Origin: Botryllus schlosseri
Lineage: Eukaryota
Length of the DNA stretch: 64,000 bases
Direction of reading: 5' to 3'
Assembly (NCBI GenBank): GCA_051294905.1
Contig: CM119384.1
Span: forward strand, 5,642,001-5,706,000
Position numbers and translations under genes: made by a program. This document shows positions 13,201-28,200 of the stretch, piece after piece. The notes below the pieces were generated by a model. It had not been told where the DNA came from and did no database searches. It saw only the letters and a program-made list of their open reading frames with translations. Numbering within the stretch: the first letter of the stretch is position 1; the number at the start of each line of letters is the position of its first letter.

Positions 13201-16200
13201 GTGATACGACTGTTGATATCAAAAGTTATTACCCTAACGAATGTCAAAATAATCAATTTATTTGGACATGCCTAGGTAGGTCAAGGTGGGTGTCTGATCT
13301 CAAAGACTACCCCAAATCGCTTTGGCACCTTCCTATCTTTTCATTGTATCGCAGTTTTGAGACGTTTTGCATTGAAGAAAATATTAATGAACTGACACTG
13401 ATGCATATAAAAATTCAGTCGAAAAAACACCCGACAAACATTCAAACAACCTACCTGGCGGGACGTTTTTCGAAGCCGATTCTCGGGTCGGTCTTGTCCG
13501 CGTCTCAGCTGCTCGTCTGGCCTTGAGTTTCGGCGTGCCTGCGACAAACGAAGAGAGAGACGCCAATGATAGGATTGACCATGATAGGCATGAGTATCTA
13601 TGTGAACAAATGGCTCAAGCACAATAAACTGTTTTAAAGGGGCGCCTGCACTCTAAAAATGATGTGGTCTCAAATTAAAGGGCAAACGAATAATAATTTT
13701 CGGCCGCATCCATTTTCTTCAGAATGCCACCGTAATGGAGCTGCAATCTATTGAAATTTCCACAAGTGTTTCAAGCTCCAGCAGTCACGCAGAGATCGAA
13801 CTTTATAAAGTTGTCAGCCGTTATGAAGGAAATATATATGTCGTACGCGCCAAGGTGGTTTGGATACCGCGTTCAACGGAAGATGTCCAGTCAGGAGATT
13901 TATGTCAAAACCGAACCTAGCGTATTCTATTACTTTAGGACAGAAATAGATCATGTCTAACAACGTTTGATACATAAGAATAGGACAGTCTATAGACAAT
14001 ACCGTACGGCACATGCAGTATGCGTGTTTTTTACAGAAATAACATCGTTACCGGCGAGAAACGCAGGTTCGTCGGATATAACCCCGGTCACGTCTCAAGT
14101 TCTATTCCTACTGGTCATCCCAAGGACCCAGTCTAGCATGAGAAAAAAACAGCGTGTATCCCAAGCGCGGTTAAACGGGTAGGGTTGCGGCATGATATGC
14201 GCCTGGCGTAAAACCTTGACCATCCATATTTCAGATCGTCGAGCACTGTTTCGCTGCGTTACACACGAAGACTCTCTCTCTCTCCATCTCTTGTCTATAA
14301 CTATTGCAATATAATAGTTTGGCAGAGCCCGCACACTCACACTGCGTCGAGCTGTCCACGCGGTTCTTCCTGCGCTGCCGCGTTGTCGGCGGCGACAACA
14401 CAAACACCGGCTCGTTCTGCACTCGACTCACAGAGGGAGGCTCGGAAACCTCAATTTTGGGAGCGACTCCTGGAAAAAAAAAATTTCTATTTACGTGCAA
14501 GTAAAAGCAGCCGTTTCCAAGTAGGGAAAGCATTCCAGTCCTAGTTTTGGTAAGACACTGAAAACTGGTAATTAGAGGTAGAAATAGTCAAAAATCACCT
14601 CTCGAACAAGCAAGCAAAATCTACTGGAGTACTTCGAGCAAATAGAAGGACTCGTTTATTGACCACCTCTGCCTAATCGTTACTGCTCCCTTCCACCCGT
14701 CGTAATTAGGGTTGGGCACAATGATTTTAGTGCGCGAATCCGAATCAAGTATTATAATTGTGATATCAACGTTATTATGGTTTTTCCGAGTCGCAGAAGC
14801 CTTGCAACCTCGATCAGACGAGTTGCAGTGTCCAAATGAAAGTGGAAATGACATATCCGTGAAGTCGCGATCGATCGATACGAAATTATCTCAGTTAGGT
14901 GTAAAAATGGCATTAGTCATAATGTGCGATCAGGGTTGTAATGACTCGAGTCATGTTTTTTGGTGACTCTATTAGACTGGAGTCAATTTGTGTATCGACT
15001 CGACTTGTACTCGAGTCATTGTGCACGACTCGAACCAAGTCATATGGCTCGAGACCAGGACGGCCAAGACAGACATTTCATTGTAACTCCGAAAAATAGT
15101 GACGTCCCCACGTTATGGTTATTTCGTCTATCAGTCCTGATACTTGGAAAATAGGGCCAGAAACTGTAAGCGCTGAAGAAAAGTCCTATATTACGAATGC
15201 GAACCATTCTATATCACTTGAGCAGAGTTTGATAAAGTGGGTTGAACCGGGTTGATCTCAAAACTGAACACAATGACTTGGACTCGACCCTCTACTCACC
15301 GACTTGGACTTGACTCGAGTCAAAACTACAAAAGTACGATTGACTTGTGACTTGATTACAACCATGTGTGGGACGCCCGAATGCTCGGCGCCTAATCGTA
15401 ATCTGCCAGCGTTAAAGTTACAAACCTTTGGAAGGCGACTCCATGGTCGCGTCGACTTCCCGGGCCGCATTCTCATCGAGACTGGCAGCCTCTTCCGTGT
15501 CCTCGAGTTTCCTCAAAGCCACCTCAGACTGCTCAGTCGTTTCTGGAACCTCCACGTTCAAAGGCGTCTCAATTCCCGGCGGGTCACGGGTAACCATGAC
15601 GGGCGTGTCCGTTAAAATCTCCACTTTACAACCCACCGATTCACTCTTCTGCAAGGTTTCGTCACCATCTCCAGGACTGGCGACCATCTCCTCCTGGGGT
15701 GAGGCTAAATCGGCGTGTACATCTTTCGCGCCGGACCTCACGTCATCAGCAGCCATTACATCTGGATCAGCGATCGGGATTTTAGCGTCATCCGCCGTAT
15801 TTTCCTCCAGTATCTCAGAATCACCAGGCATTTCCACGCTGGTGCGATGCGACTCCACCTGCGACACAATCTCGGACATGATATCTTCCGCAATGACACC
15901 GGGGTCAGGGCTATCGCCGGCCGAAATCCGATCGGCGGCCGCAGGACATTCTTCAAACGGCAAATCTTCATCCGCGTCAGATAAGCACAAATGCAAATTT
16001 TCATCTTCAGTATCCTCCGAAACAAATTCCTCACAGACGTCCTCCACCTCCGCCTCGCAGTCTGGGTCACTGACCGAGACCCGGTCCGCGTCATCTTCGA
16101 CGGCGATCAATTCTTCCTTCAAAACAGCCTCGACCGAATGGACCACTGCGGATTCCACGTCGGACGCTGAACTGTCCGGAGCTTCCAAATCGAGGCCGGG

Positions 16201-19200
16201 TTCGATATCTTCCTCGTGTTCGACGTGATATTGTGACGTCACAACGATCGCGTCGTCTTCGTCAGACGAAGGCACTTCGATGACATCGTCTTCCGAAACG
16301 TTTTCAATATTTTCTACCGAAATTTCAGCGTCTGGTTCTTCGACCTCGCTGCTTTCGGGGGAGATAAATAACTTCAAATCGTCGGCCGTCTCGTCGTTGG
16401 CGACGACATCGTCTGATTTGCAAACGTTTGACTTGTCTTCATCATTGTCCGATTCTTGCGCGGTCGTCTCAGCGGGTCGCCCAGCGTCTGGCTCCTGCAA
16501 AAACGGAGTTTTGAGTTACGTCTCCGACTTCATGGCAAATATTGTCGCTGTGGAATCAGAGTAGGCCTGCCACCTTATGTCCATTTGGAACACCTCGAAA
16601 AAATCAAGTTTTTGAAAGATTTTCATTTCCGCCATATCTTGGACATGTTCAAGTTTATGTTACAGACCAGTTGCTCTACTCATGGGTGCCACGAAAATAT
16701 CTGGCAAACAAGGTCGATGCATAATAAAAAATTAGGAATCTAAATCCTAAGTAATTCAAAGATAGGAGGATGCCGAAACTACAAAGTACAGCTTCTCAAT
16801 ATCGCACCGGTCTCAGCCTACTGCCCGTTGTAAAAGTAGACATTTTCAGACGGATATGTGTCCGAAATGCTAATCTATTAGATGTTTTCACAAGTTCACT
16901 CACATCCCAGAGAACCTGCATCGAGAGGGCCTGCGCAGTAAATATTGACCGATAGAATTGAGGAGAACATGTCGAATTCAGCATTCTCAAACGTACCGGT
17001 TGGGCCTCTATTGATTCCTGAAACGACCGACAAGAATTGAATGTGTCCTCGACATCTGTGTTTTCGGCCACGTCCCGTTGATCGCTTGCGGCGAAAATTT
17101 TCTCTGAAACAAAAATCATTGTTGCGCACCTGCGTGTAGAGCGGGTACTACGTCTTTCACGCCCACGAGAGCATGCATTCTTATTTGGTTGTTCGGTAGC
17201 CTATTATATAGTCAGCCGCAACACATTTGCGGAGGTAATAGAATAAAATAATCTAATAGAATAGCTCAAGTTCAGTAATCAAGATGCTACGATTATTTAA
17301 TCTTCATGAATAACACCAAATTGCCAGAAAGAAAACTTCATCAATCATCTGACCACTGGGTGCACATTTGCATCAGGCATAGGTAGGTTAAAGAAGTCAT
17401 TGTAGGTGCTCGAGTAGAAGTGGAAGCAACGTCCTAAATTTAAACTGATGTAGAAGAAGTGGGAAGTAGTGATCCCCAACGCAGGTTAAAGTAAGTATTC
17501 TAGGTCCAGTGTTTTACCTATAAAGCTGAAAACAGTTAAGCAGAAGTAGTAGTCTAAAAAGTCAATTACGACGTGGTCGTAACCCGCCTGCATCCTAACC
17601 CTCCAGTCGCAATGTGAGCTCAAAAGCCATGAAAATACAGAGATTACAAGTCAGCTGGTCAACGTTATCGAATATCTACCTGGCAGTTCGGGATCATGCG
17701 ACATATGCGGCTGTCCCGTCTCATTGCTCACGTCTCCCATCACATCCACTTCCATATCGTCGGATTCCTCTGCCTTCATTCTTACAAGTGTAGAGCCCTC
17801 GACTTGCCCGGTAGAAACATGTCTAAAGGGACGCACGTTAGACTCCACAAACTTTGCAGATAGCATGCTTTCTATATTAACTGGACATTAGCTAGCTTGT
17901 CCAAGTGATTTCAAGATTTTTACTACATTTCAAAGAATTTCGGATGTATGTATTAGGGATGGTGTGAACGTGAGGTTCACGTTCGTGTTCTTTGTGTGAA
18001 CCTCGGAAATTTTTAGGTACGCGTTCACAACAGCACTGCACTGTGAACCTTTTTCTTACATTACAATTTTAACTTCAATATAACATCTTTGGTTCACATT
18101 TATTGCATTTCAACTGCGAATCACTCTATGCATGGCACTGGCAGCAAAAACAATCAACACTAAACGAGCAGTTCGAGCATGCACCTTGACAATCTCAAAA
18201 ATTTTACTTGCCTTGTTACAAAATTTTGCTCGAAATATCCAGCTTTCCGTTTGTGAATACACTACATGTAGTCAGCGAATGATGCTCAATCAACCGATCA
18301 GTGAGATTGATATTGTTTTATGATGTAAAAATCTAGAAGGCGTACGGCTCAATCTTGACTTCATATGTTTACTGCATCATAATAAGCAAATCCGTGCAAT
18401 TAGGGTGTTGGCTACTGCTGTATAACTTCTTAATGGGGTAATATCGGTAGCAAGTATAGAAACCTGTTTTGCACTCTGCTCAAAATCCGTGTATATTGTC
18501 CGGTCTGGCCAAGACCGTTAAGGCGTAACCTTGTATTCCCTGGCAAGTCCTCATCGAAATTGTTGGCAAAGCGACAAAAGTTATTGAATTTATGGCATTA
18601 TTATATCATTTGATTGCTTCAGTTGATACATTTAGCGACGTTTAAAACGTCAATATATACTTCGGCATTGTGGCATTATGTGACACGAGTCGTCGCTAGG
18701 TATTGTGTACATTACTACAGGCTATCACTTCATTGAAATATAGGGTTGAAATTAGCAATATGACGTCACGAGGTTCACGTTCGCGTTCACACAGAACCTT
18801 TCAAAAAGGTTCGCGTTCACACGAACCTGAACCTTTCAGAGGTTCACATCATTCCTAGTATGTATACACTCCTGTAGATATGATTTCAAGTCGGCCTAAA
18901 ACCAGAAAATAGTTTACAGTACTTGATGTTAATGATGCTGTGAACATTGACATCTTTTAGCCCGCAGTGACATTCTTTACAAGCTCAAATTGCTTAAAAC
19001 TTGACAATCGCCAATGAAAATATAAATCAACTTACTCTACGATGCTCAAGTTCGATTCGTTAGCGCTCGAGTCCAACCCGGCAAATCTGATTTTCCTGGT
19101 GTTGTCCACACTGAAAACGTTGGCATAACAGAAGCAAATCAAAGCTGTATAGCAAGTAGCAACATACCTCTCGTCATCACAAATCGGATCGAGTTCAAAT

Positions 19201-22200
19201 TTCCGCAAGTTGGTCTTCACGATGGTAGGGGTGCTGATCATTGGAGGACGAGGCCTGAAACCAATTAGGTTCGCACTTATGTCTCAAGTTTACCGAGAAT
19301 GCAAAAATCTATTCAGTAAAACAGGAAAAGGGGAAAGAGCGGCTGGTTAGAAGTTTATGAAAGAAAAAATATGAAACCTGATATTAGCGTTAGGTGGCTA
19401 CATCTACCCAATCTTCGGCGAGGGCGATTAATTATGGCAATGCGATTAGTGAACATACCATCTAGATCAGTGGTTCCCAACCTTTTTCGACCCATCGCCC
19501 CCTTTTCAAGCTCAACACCGATCATCGCCCCCCAAATTTTGTGTACCGAAAATTGGGCATACAAACTGTCATCACCGGCGGGTTGACTAAAAAAAAAATT
19601 CAACTTTACCGCTCGAAGCCTAATTTGACAATTTTGTAACTAAATCTCCGTGGGTTGACTAAAAAAAAAGGTCAGCTGTTTTGACGCGTCATCGCCGCCT
19701 TCGCTACTTTCGCCCCCTTTGTCCATTTTCGCTCCCTTCGTCATGTTCGCCCCCCTAGACCGCCAAATCGCCCCCTGGTGGGCGATATCGCCCACGTTGG
19801 GAACCACTGATCTAGATTCAGGCAGGTTAAAAATGGTGAAATATTCATATTACAGAAATGCTGACGACAATAGCCCACATTTTTTTAGATCTTTTTCCGG
19901 AATGAGGCTTGAACCGCACTACTTAGTCGTAACGACAGCGCAACAGAAAACAGAACACGAGAGTCTACAAATCTACGTAAACGAAAAAACACAACACAGA
20001 CTCTGCTAGTCACGACTCATGCCGCTTATCTTACTCGCTGGAACTTTCTTCGACACTATCTTCGAGTAAGTCGCAAATCAGAGGGTCCCGTTTTAAGCGT
20101 TTAATGTACGGCGTTTTGATCACCGGTACGTAAACTCTGAAAGATATCGAATGCAATAGACAATAGAAGAATTGTCTAATCAGATTTTAAAGTTTTTTTG
20201 TCCGGGGCACAGTATATGGCGCAAATAACGGACAGATCGGTCAAATTTTATAGTTTCATCGTTTTGTCAAGGTGCGATAGAGAAAAGAATATAAAAACTT
20301 TATTTCGATAGACCGTATTGGGTTTGAGCCTATTGAGAGCACTGAACTTCACTCTCCATAACCTGCAAACAGATGCAATACCGGCATACCAACGATTTGC
20401 TTGCATAAACGACAGACTACCAGACTCGATCTTATAATACTAACTTTCATTCAGGGACATACGACCAAAGTCTCTTAAAATCACTGCATCAATACTGTTA
20501 TTGGCGAGCCCGTATGAAAAGGAACCATCCTCAATCTACCGCCATGTAGTCAAAAACTCAGCTAGCATGTAAATATAGTAAAGGAAAATAAATATCAAAC
20601 ATTACATCATGCATATCTGCTTGAGTAGAGCGACGTCACCCATGAAATGTACATCCTTGCAGATACGCCGAAGTGACAGCGCACGACTGAACAAAACTGT
20701 ACCAGAGCCCCTTTACCTGGGCTTGATCACGGACGGTTCCGCTGCAACGCTGCCTTCGACACTGCTGCCGTCTCCAAATAAATTGACAATTAACGGGTCC
20801 CTCTTCATCCGTTTGAAATGCGGCGTGCTGACCGACGGCACTTCATTTCTGAAAATACTCTTCTCTAGTGCACAACTCTACAGCTACACCTGAATACTTG
20901 AACTCAATAGATTCTTCCGAAAACATCTCAACACAATAACAGGACTAAAATTTTTCTTCGCCCTGACAGTCACTGAATACCCTCGTCTTACTTTCTATCC
21001 TTAGTATCGAGAGAACGGAAAAACGACTCGGACTCTATCGTGGTGCTGTGAAGCCTGTTTCCCGGGCCGAGCTGCCACGACAACCCGAGCATGGTGTCAT
21101 CCGCAGATTCCAGGCCGACGTCCGATATTATTCTATAAACGGAGCGCATTAGAATGAAAGTGAACAAACTAAATAAATTCGAGTCGCGATATCCGTTGAT
21201 ATCAAATCGCAATCGTGAATTTGAGTCATGATTGTCGGCGTTTAAAATCCCAGATGTGATATGTGAATTTCCATACGATTGCTAGAGAGTTAAGAATCAC
21301 GCGCAATGAAAAGTCTTCCTCAATATCGCTATCGTGAATTTATGTCGATTCGGGACGATGCTCAAAATCCCAAAGGCGATCTTATACATGATTTGTAGAA
21401 AATTGAGAATCGCACACTATAAAAATTATTCTGCAATATCAATTTTATATCGATTTCCGCTTCCTATCCAAATACCGGCACAAATTCGTACTTGTAACTA
21501 TCACCAGCGTCGCTGTCAATGTTATCACATTCATAGACCTTGTCGTCCTGCCGTGCATGGCCAGACAGTGGTGGTGACGGAGTACATTCCCTGCAAATAA
21601 GTACAAGTTAGCGGCCCCCCGACTCGCGTAGGCAATTTTCGTTACCGGTCTCTCTTCAGTAACTTTGGACGGACTTTCAAGATGGACTGCGGGGTCTGCG
21701 TGGGCGCAGAGAACTCGTTCTGCACAGACGGTTTCCGCCGAATTATCGGAGGCGTCTGTAGCAGCACGGCGGCCGCGGAAAGGGTCGACAACCTGCGTTG
21801 AAAACAGATCCGTTGCTTGCAGGGTCACCAGCGATTTCGGCAATTGGTGAATTCAACACATTGAATTAGACACTTGGCAGGCCATAACCTTACTTTAACC
21901 CGAATACATCAATACATACACACCAAGTGCCACATATCACAATCCACAGTCATATTCAGTGAAACTTTCATTATTGGATTTACGAATACACGATTAATGT
22001 GACTCTTTCATACCTACAAAGTTTTATCAATATCCTCCAACCTAGTTTGCATCAACAAAAGAAGTTCTTGTACAATCTAAAAGTGGTGCATTGACTTAAA
22101 AAGCCATCAATTTGCCTACCTTATTCGAATTTCCATGCCGGTTACATCATATTGGATGATACAGTTGTTGATGTGCATTGCGCAATGTTATTTTCAATTC

Positions 22201-25200
22201 TCTACCGTACCTAGTCGCTGGAGATTATCCCTCATGAGTGTCACCCAAAAACATTCGGGTTTATTTCAATATGAATACGTATATTATTCAATAGTATGGT
22301 AAAAATTCTAGTTATTAAATTTCCAATGCCGAATTCCCAGCTAAATTTCATGGCTATTAGGATGGCTAGGCGTCTTTACCTTCTTTCTCTTCTGACCGCG
22401 GGTTCCTTGGGCGTTTTCGGCGTCTCGGGCACATTTGACGACAATTCCGGTTTTGATCTAGAGTTGACAGCACAGTCTAAGTCAGCGGTCTGCATGAAGT
22501 GAGGAATGCCGACCGATAGTGGGTCCTACGAAAACTGGGTATCCAGTCAGTTTGATGTCATAACGCGACTTTTGGCGACACATATTCCGTGGGACTTACA
22601 AATTATTGGAGAAGGCCACAAATTATTTAGGTAATAACGGGAGAGTATAACTCCTAACATTGACACAGCAATAGCCAGATGAACCAGCTCCACCAAACCA
22701 CTTGATGGTGACTTAATTGAGAATAAAATTCTCATTACTAACAACGAAACCAGTGCGAAGACTTCTTCTATTACATGAAATAACACAGTGCCGTAGACGG
22801 AAGTAGGGAAGTTTGGTTGGCGATGCATACAGATTCATGGAATACAATACAACAGAATAAGATGGATGTATGAAGTTTGGTTCAAAAAATAATCATATGA
22901 CGGAACAAGTTTAGTAAATGAGTTGGACATCGACATAGAGTCATAAACAAATCGCCGCACTCCGCACAAACCTTTCGATAACCCCTGTTAAACCGATCGA
23001 ACTACGCCGCAACGCATTGGCGCGATATCCCGACGTGTTCCCTTCGACTTGACTCGACCTTGGGAAAGGCCTGCAAAATTGAAACGGTACGGCATAGAAA
23101 ACCAGCCCGCCAGCAGGGCACAAATTAACAGGTCGGCACCTTCGTCGTAGAGGCGTCATTGTCGGTTCTCTCTTTGAATTCCTGGTCTCTTCCATTTTGT
23201 CGATACTGCGCGCGATAATATCTGATTTAGACCGAAGCTCGAAATTCGAAGCCGGGCGCAACACGGCAGGAAGCGACGGCAGCTTGTGCACTGTACAAGA
23301 GAAAGTAGATAAATCGAAATGAGGCTTAGCCTTATTCATGCCATTTTAAATTCACCACCGAGTCAAATCCGAGTCCAAGTCATCGAGCAGGGGTTCGAGT
23401 CCGAGTCATGGTATTATGACTCGAGTCCGAGTCCAGTCATTGTGTTGACTGCTCAGTTTCCAGTTAAAGTCTTGTTAAATCCACTTTTTATAACTCTGTT
23501 TGGGGATATCTAATGGCTCGCGTTTATAATATACTAATTTCCTCACTTTTAACAGTTTCTCGTCGCATTTTCAAGTACCACTACCAGTAGACAAAGTCCC
23601 AATAGGATGGTTACTTCACTATTTTTTCGAAATCACAATGAAATGTTGGTCTTAGCCGCCTGAGTCTCGAGTCATATGACTTGGTTCGGGTCTGCGCAAT
23701 GACTCGAGTCTAGTCGAGTCATTTCCGTATTTTGAGAAAACCACTCGAGTCAAGTTGAGTCACAAGAATATCGTGACTCGAGTCTGACTCGACTCAAGTC
23801 ATGACTCGATTCATTACAACACTGCATTTGAATCCGACCACTGTTTATAATCCAATGGCCACAGTTAATTGTCACTTGCCTTCCTTGCGAACGTGGGCCC
23901 GCTGCGTAAACAGTCCGCGACCGTTCGGTAACAGTAAGTCTCTTTCGACTTTTGGCAGGACATTCGTGTAGGCTTGGATCAGATGCCCCAATCTCGCGTT
24001 GAGTCGGCGCGATTCTTCGCTTTGGTCTCTCTGCGCGAAACAAAATTATGTGAAGGTGCGTTTTAAATTGATGAATTATAGTCATCACGGATGGTATTGG
24101 ATAAGTTGGCAAGAATATTCGCTCATGTTGGGTACTGGTACTACAACTTCGAATTCAGCCTTGTCACACGAGACGAAGACGCAAGGCAAACACTTACCAT
24201 CAGTCTGATATGTTTTGTTTGAGAGTGGAGTTTGATGGCCTCGAGATACCTGTTACGTTGCAAATAAAATAGCACCAAAATCTGTGTAGCGTCCGATTCC
24301 TCGCTCTGTTGCATGTATTTCACAACCATGCTCTGTGAAACGAAAGAAGATATCAAGGGTGAAGGAGAGCAGACAATGCATTTGATTACGGGCCAATAAA
24401 TAACAACATGCATAATATGCACTATGTTAACAAGAGTGTAACATAACTTATGCCAAGCCGACAATGTCAATACTAACTATGTCCAGTCCATGAGCACTCC
24501 ATTATATCCAACAAGATTTCAATCAGCTTTATATCAGATAATCAGACAATCAGATACCGTAATCAGCTTTATTAATGAATATTTTTGTAGTTATGCAGTA
24601 CTAAGTGAGTACGCAGATTCATCGGCATTTACAGGGGAGTGAACGAAGTCATTGCCCCCAATTTTTTAATTAGGCATTACGACGTCACTTCAGTGTTTAA
24701 AGATGTTTGCCGTTGCAAAATTTCATCCACCCCTCCGAAATTTTTGCCCTGTGACTGGTGACTATCATCACAATGTCAAAATATGGCTTCAGCTACATTG
24801 GAACGGAACACAATGAACAATTGAACGTAAATTAACTCCATGTTTGTCGCAGAAATTTTGAAGTATGAAACAAAACGGAATATTCTTCATTCGCTGTACC
24901 TCTTCCTCTGCAGTCAAAGGCAATTTCAACAGTTGGTCGAGCAAAGAATGCTCCCGAGACAACGTGAATAAATGCGAAAATACGTGGTTAGCGCCATATT
25001 GTGTGTATGTGCGCTGAACCAAATCCCACGCCTTCAATACATCCCTGGAAAGAAATTGACAATAGATAATAATGGCGGTGGAGACAACTTGAAACATTAA
25101 TCTCGATATAACAACCAAGCCTGAATTCACAAATATATTTATATATTGAAAGTAGGGATGGTGTGAACCCCTGAAAGGTTCAGGTTCGTGTGAACGCGAA

Positions 25201-28200
25201 CCTTTTTAAAAGGTTCTGTGTGAACACGAACGTGAACCTCATGACGTCACGTGACGTCATATTGCTAATTCCAACCGTATCTTTCAATGAAGTGATAGCC
25301 TCTATTAATGTACACGATACCTAGCGACGACTTGGGCCACATGATGCAACAATTTTGAAGTACATATTGGCGTTTTAAACGTCGCTAAATGTATCAACTG
25401 AGGCAATCAAAGGATATAATACTACTACAATAAAATCAATATCTTTCGTCGCTTTGCCAGCAATTTCGACGAGGGCTTACCAGGGAATATACGCTTATCC
25501 CTTATCGGTCTAGGCCAGACCGGACAATGTATTCGGTGTCTGAGTATTGCTACATTGATATTGATCAGAGTGTAAAATGGGTTTCTATATTTGCTACCGA
25601 TATTACCACATTAAGAAGTTATACAACAGTAGGCTAGCCAACTCCTCAATCGCACAGATTTGGTTTTAATGATGCAGTAAAGATATGAAGTCCAGAGTGA
25701 CCCCATACGCCTTCTCGAATTTTTACATCAGAAAACGATATCAACCTTATTGATTGGTTGAATAAGCATCCTTCGCTGACTACGTATTTCGCTTGTGATG
25801 TTGTGTGATTGCGGGTCAAGCTCACAGCAGAGAGTCACTAAATATCCACAAACGGAAAACTGGATAATTCGAGCAAACTTTTGTAACAAAGCAAGTAAAA
25901 CATTCGAGATTGTCAAGGTGCATGCTCGTTTAGTGTTGATTTTGAATGCTGCCAGCGCCATACATGGAGTGGCCCGCAGTTGAAATGCAATAAATTTGAA
26001 CCAATGATATTATAATGAAGTGAAAATTGCAATATATGAAAAAGGTTCACAGTGCAGAACCTACCAAGGTTCTGTTGTGAACGCGAACCTCTAAATTTCC
26101 GAGGTTCACACACAGAACGCGAACGTGAACCTCATGTTCACACCATCCCTAATTGAAAGCGTCATGATCAGCAATCAGCATGGCTACTAAACGCGATTCG
26201 CAATCATTGAACATAATCCATTGAATGGATATGTTCAATAATGATTATGAGCAGCCACACTTTGGTAATAGCTTTAAATTTAATCACTGGCCTTCGCCGC
26301 AGACAACAATTCTACACAGTTACAAAGTTACCTGTTCGTGATATAAATAGTGATGTGCATCTTCACATCTTCGACCATCTCCAATTTCGGTTGGCACACC
26401 GACAGATATTTCAAAGCCATCGCGGGATGGTGTTGATACAGAAAAGCTCGTAATATCCTCCGTTGCTGCCACGCTTCGCGCGCCTGGCTGGTGCCCGGGT
26501 CCAGTAAAATGTTCAATGCTTCCTGCAGAAATATGGATCATGACAAAACAGAGAATATGAATGTGTCTGATATCAGCAATTCCATCATTTCAGTAGCACA
26601 AAGTGAACACTTGTGTTCCTAGTTTGAATATATTCCTTTAGATTAGCACTTCAGCAAATGCCAACAGACTTAAAATTCATATATTTACACAGATTGAAGC
26701 ATTTCATTTCTGTGTAGTTCATTGTGATTCATATCCTCAATTTCATATCCTCAATTATTTCCTTCCATCAGTGTAGGCTAATCTTTTAAATGTGTGATCC
26801 CACACAATGGGAGGTGTGTCAATGTACAAGATGATAAGGTATAAGTATAACCAGTCAGATTTTTGCCATTATTGAAGCTGTTCCTAAAATGATAGCGTGA
26901 CAGTGATAAAGAAAGCACATAGTGAAATCGCAGTTCAATCGCGTGTGATGTAATGAACGGCATCATATGACATGAGCTTTGCTCTTTCCGGGGAATAGGA
27001 ATTATTAATACATATCACTCATTAGTTCAGTCAAATACTCAAGACTTCACAATGAACTCAATATATACAGTTCACATCGGTACAGAACTAGAAAATATGG
27101 CCAGCAAATAAGCAAAATATTGTGATGACTTCACTCTACTGACAGGAGAACAGAAACTAGTCGATTCAGATGGATTAGGTGTGAACTGGCTGCAAAAAAC
27201 ACTGGTTCATTTCATCTGCAGCAATTGTTTACTGTGGTGAATGGATAGTGCTGTCATGCTTGAGAAACTGCTCATAAAAAAGAGAGAAACACAAGAGCAA
27301 TCTCTCTTCTTCTCCACAGCTTGCTATTATGAGCAAACAGTTTGACTCATAGGACATATTACCAATGGTAGCAGGCAGAGAGGGAAATAGCCTTACTATG
27401 AGTGCAATGAAACAGATTGTTAAGATAATTTGATTCAGTTACTACAAGAACAAATGCAATGAGAAGTATGATAGCATGTGAAAGTGTTATGCTTATAAAT
27501 CTGCATTAACATCAAACAGCTAGATACTTCAAGATGATAACATTGCTTAGATTGAGTGTGCTCATTGCCTTGTGCATAGTGTCACTGGCTACAGAGTTTC
27601 GCCATTTCGAAAAGGCGCACAAGGATCCTCAAGTGAAAAGGTACGAGCCCACATGGGACTCCCTGGACACCAGACCGCTGCCGAAATGGTATGACGAAGC
27701 AAAATTTGGTATTTTCATACATTGGGGAGTCTTCTCAGTACCAAGTTACGTTGATGAATGGTTCTGGAATTATTGGAAGGTAAGGAACGGCAATTTCAAT
27801 TTGAAGATTGTTCACTGCAGTTTTTAGGCATATATATGGCTTGAAATATTGCCAAATTACATGTTGAAAGCTCAAATGATAATACATGTATGCCTCGCAT
27901 ATTGCTGCCACTAACGTAGGTAACAATTAAAAGTCACATGAACAGAGGTTACAAGGTGTTATATATCACACATTGCAGATAAACAAACTGCGCCAGGCAG
28001 GAAGAGCACATCGTTAAATCTTCCATGTGATTATCAGGCAAATATGTACAGAAGAAATAATTTAGGGGCGAAAATAATAGACATACAGAAGTAGAGGAAT
28101 AGTGTACCTGTTCATTATCCACTGTACTATAATTCTGCTTTTAATAATCCAATCCACGTGTTTGTGTATTCTACATACCGGTACACAAAAACAATTGCAC

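Noticed and set aside
15428-16228. 266-aa Ser-rich plus-strand ORF
   Set aside because: Antisense shadow of the Asp/Glu-rich ELYS exon; GAx codons read as TCx on the other strand.
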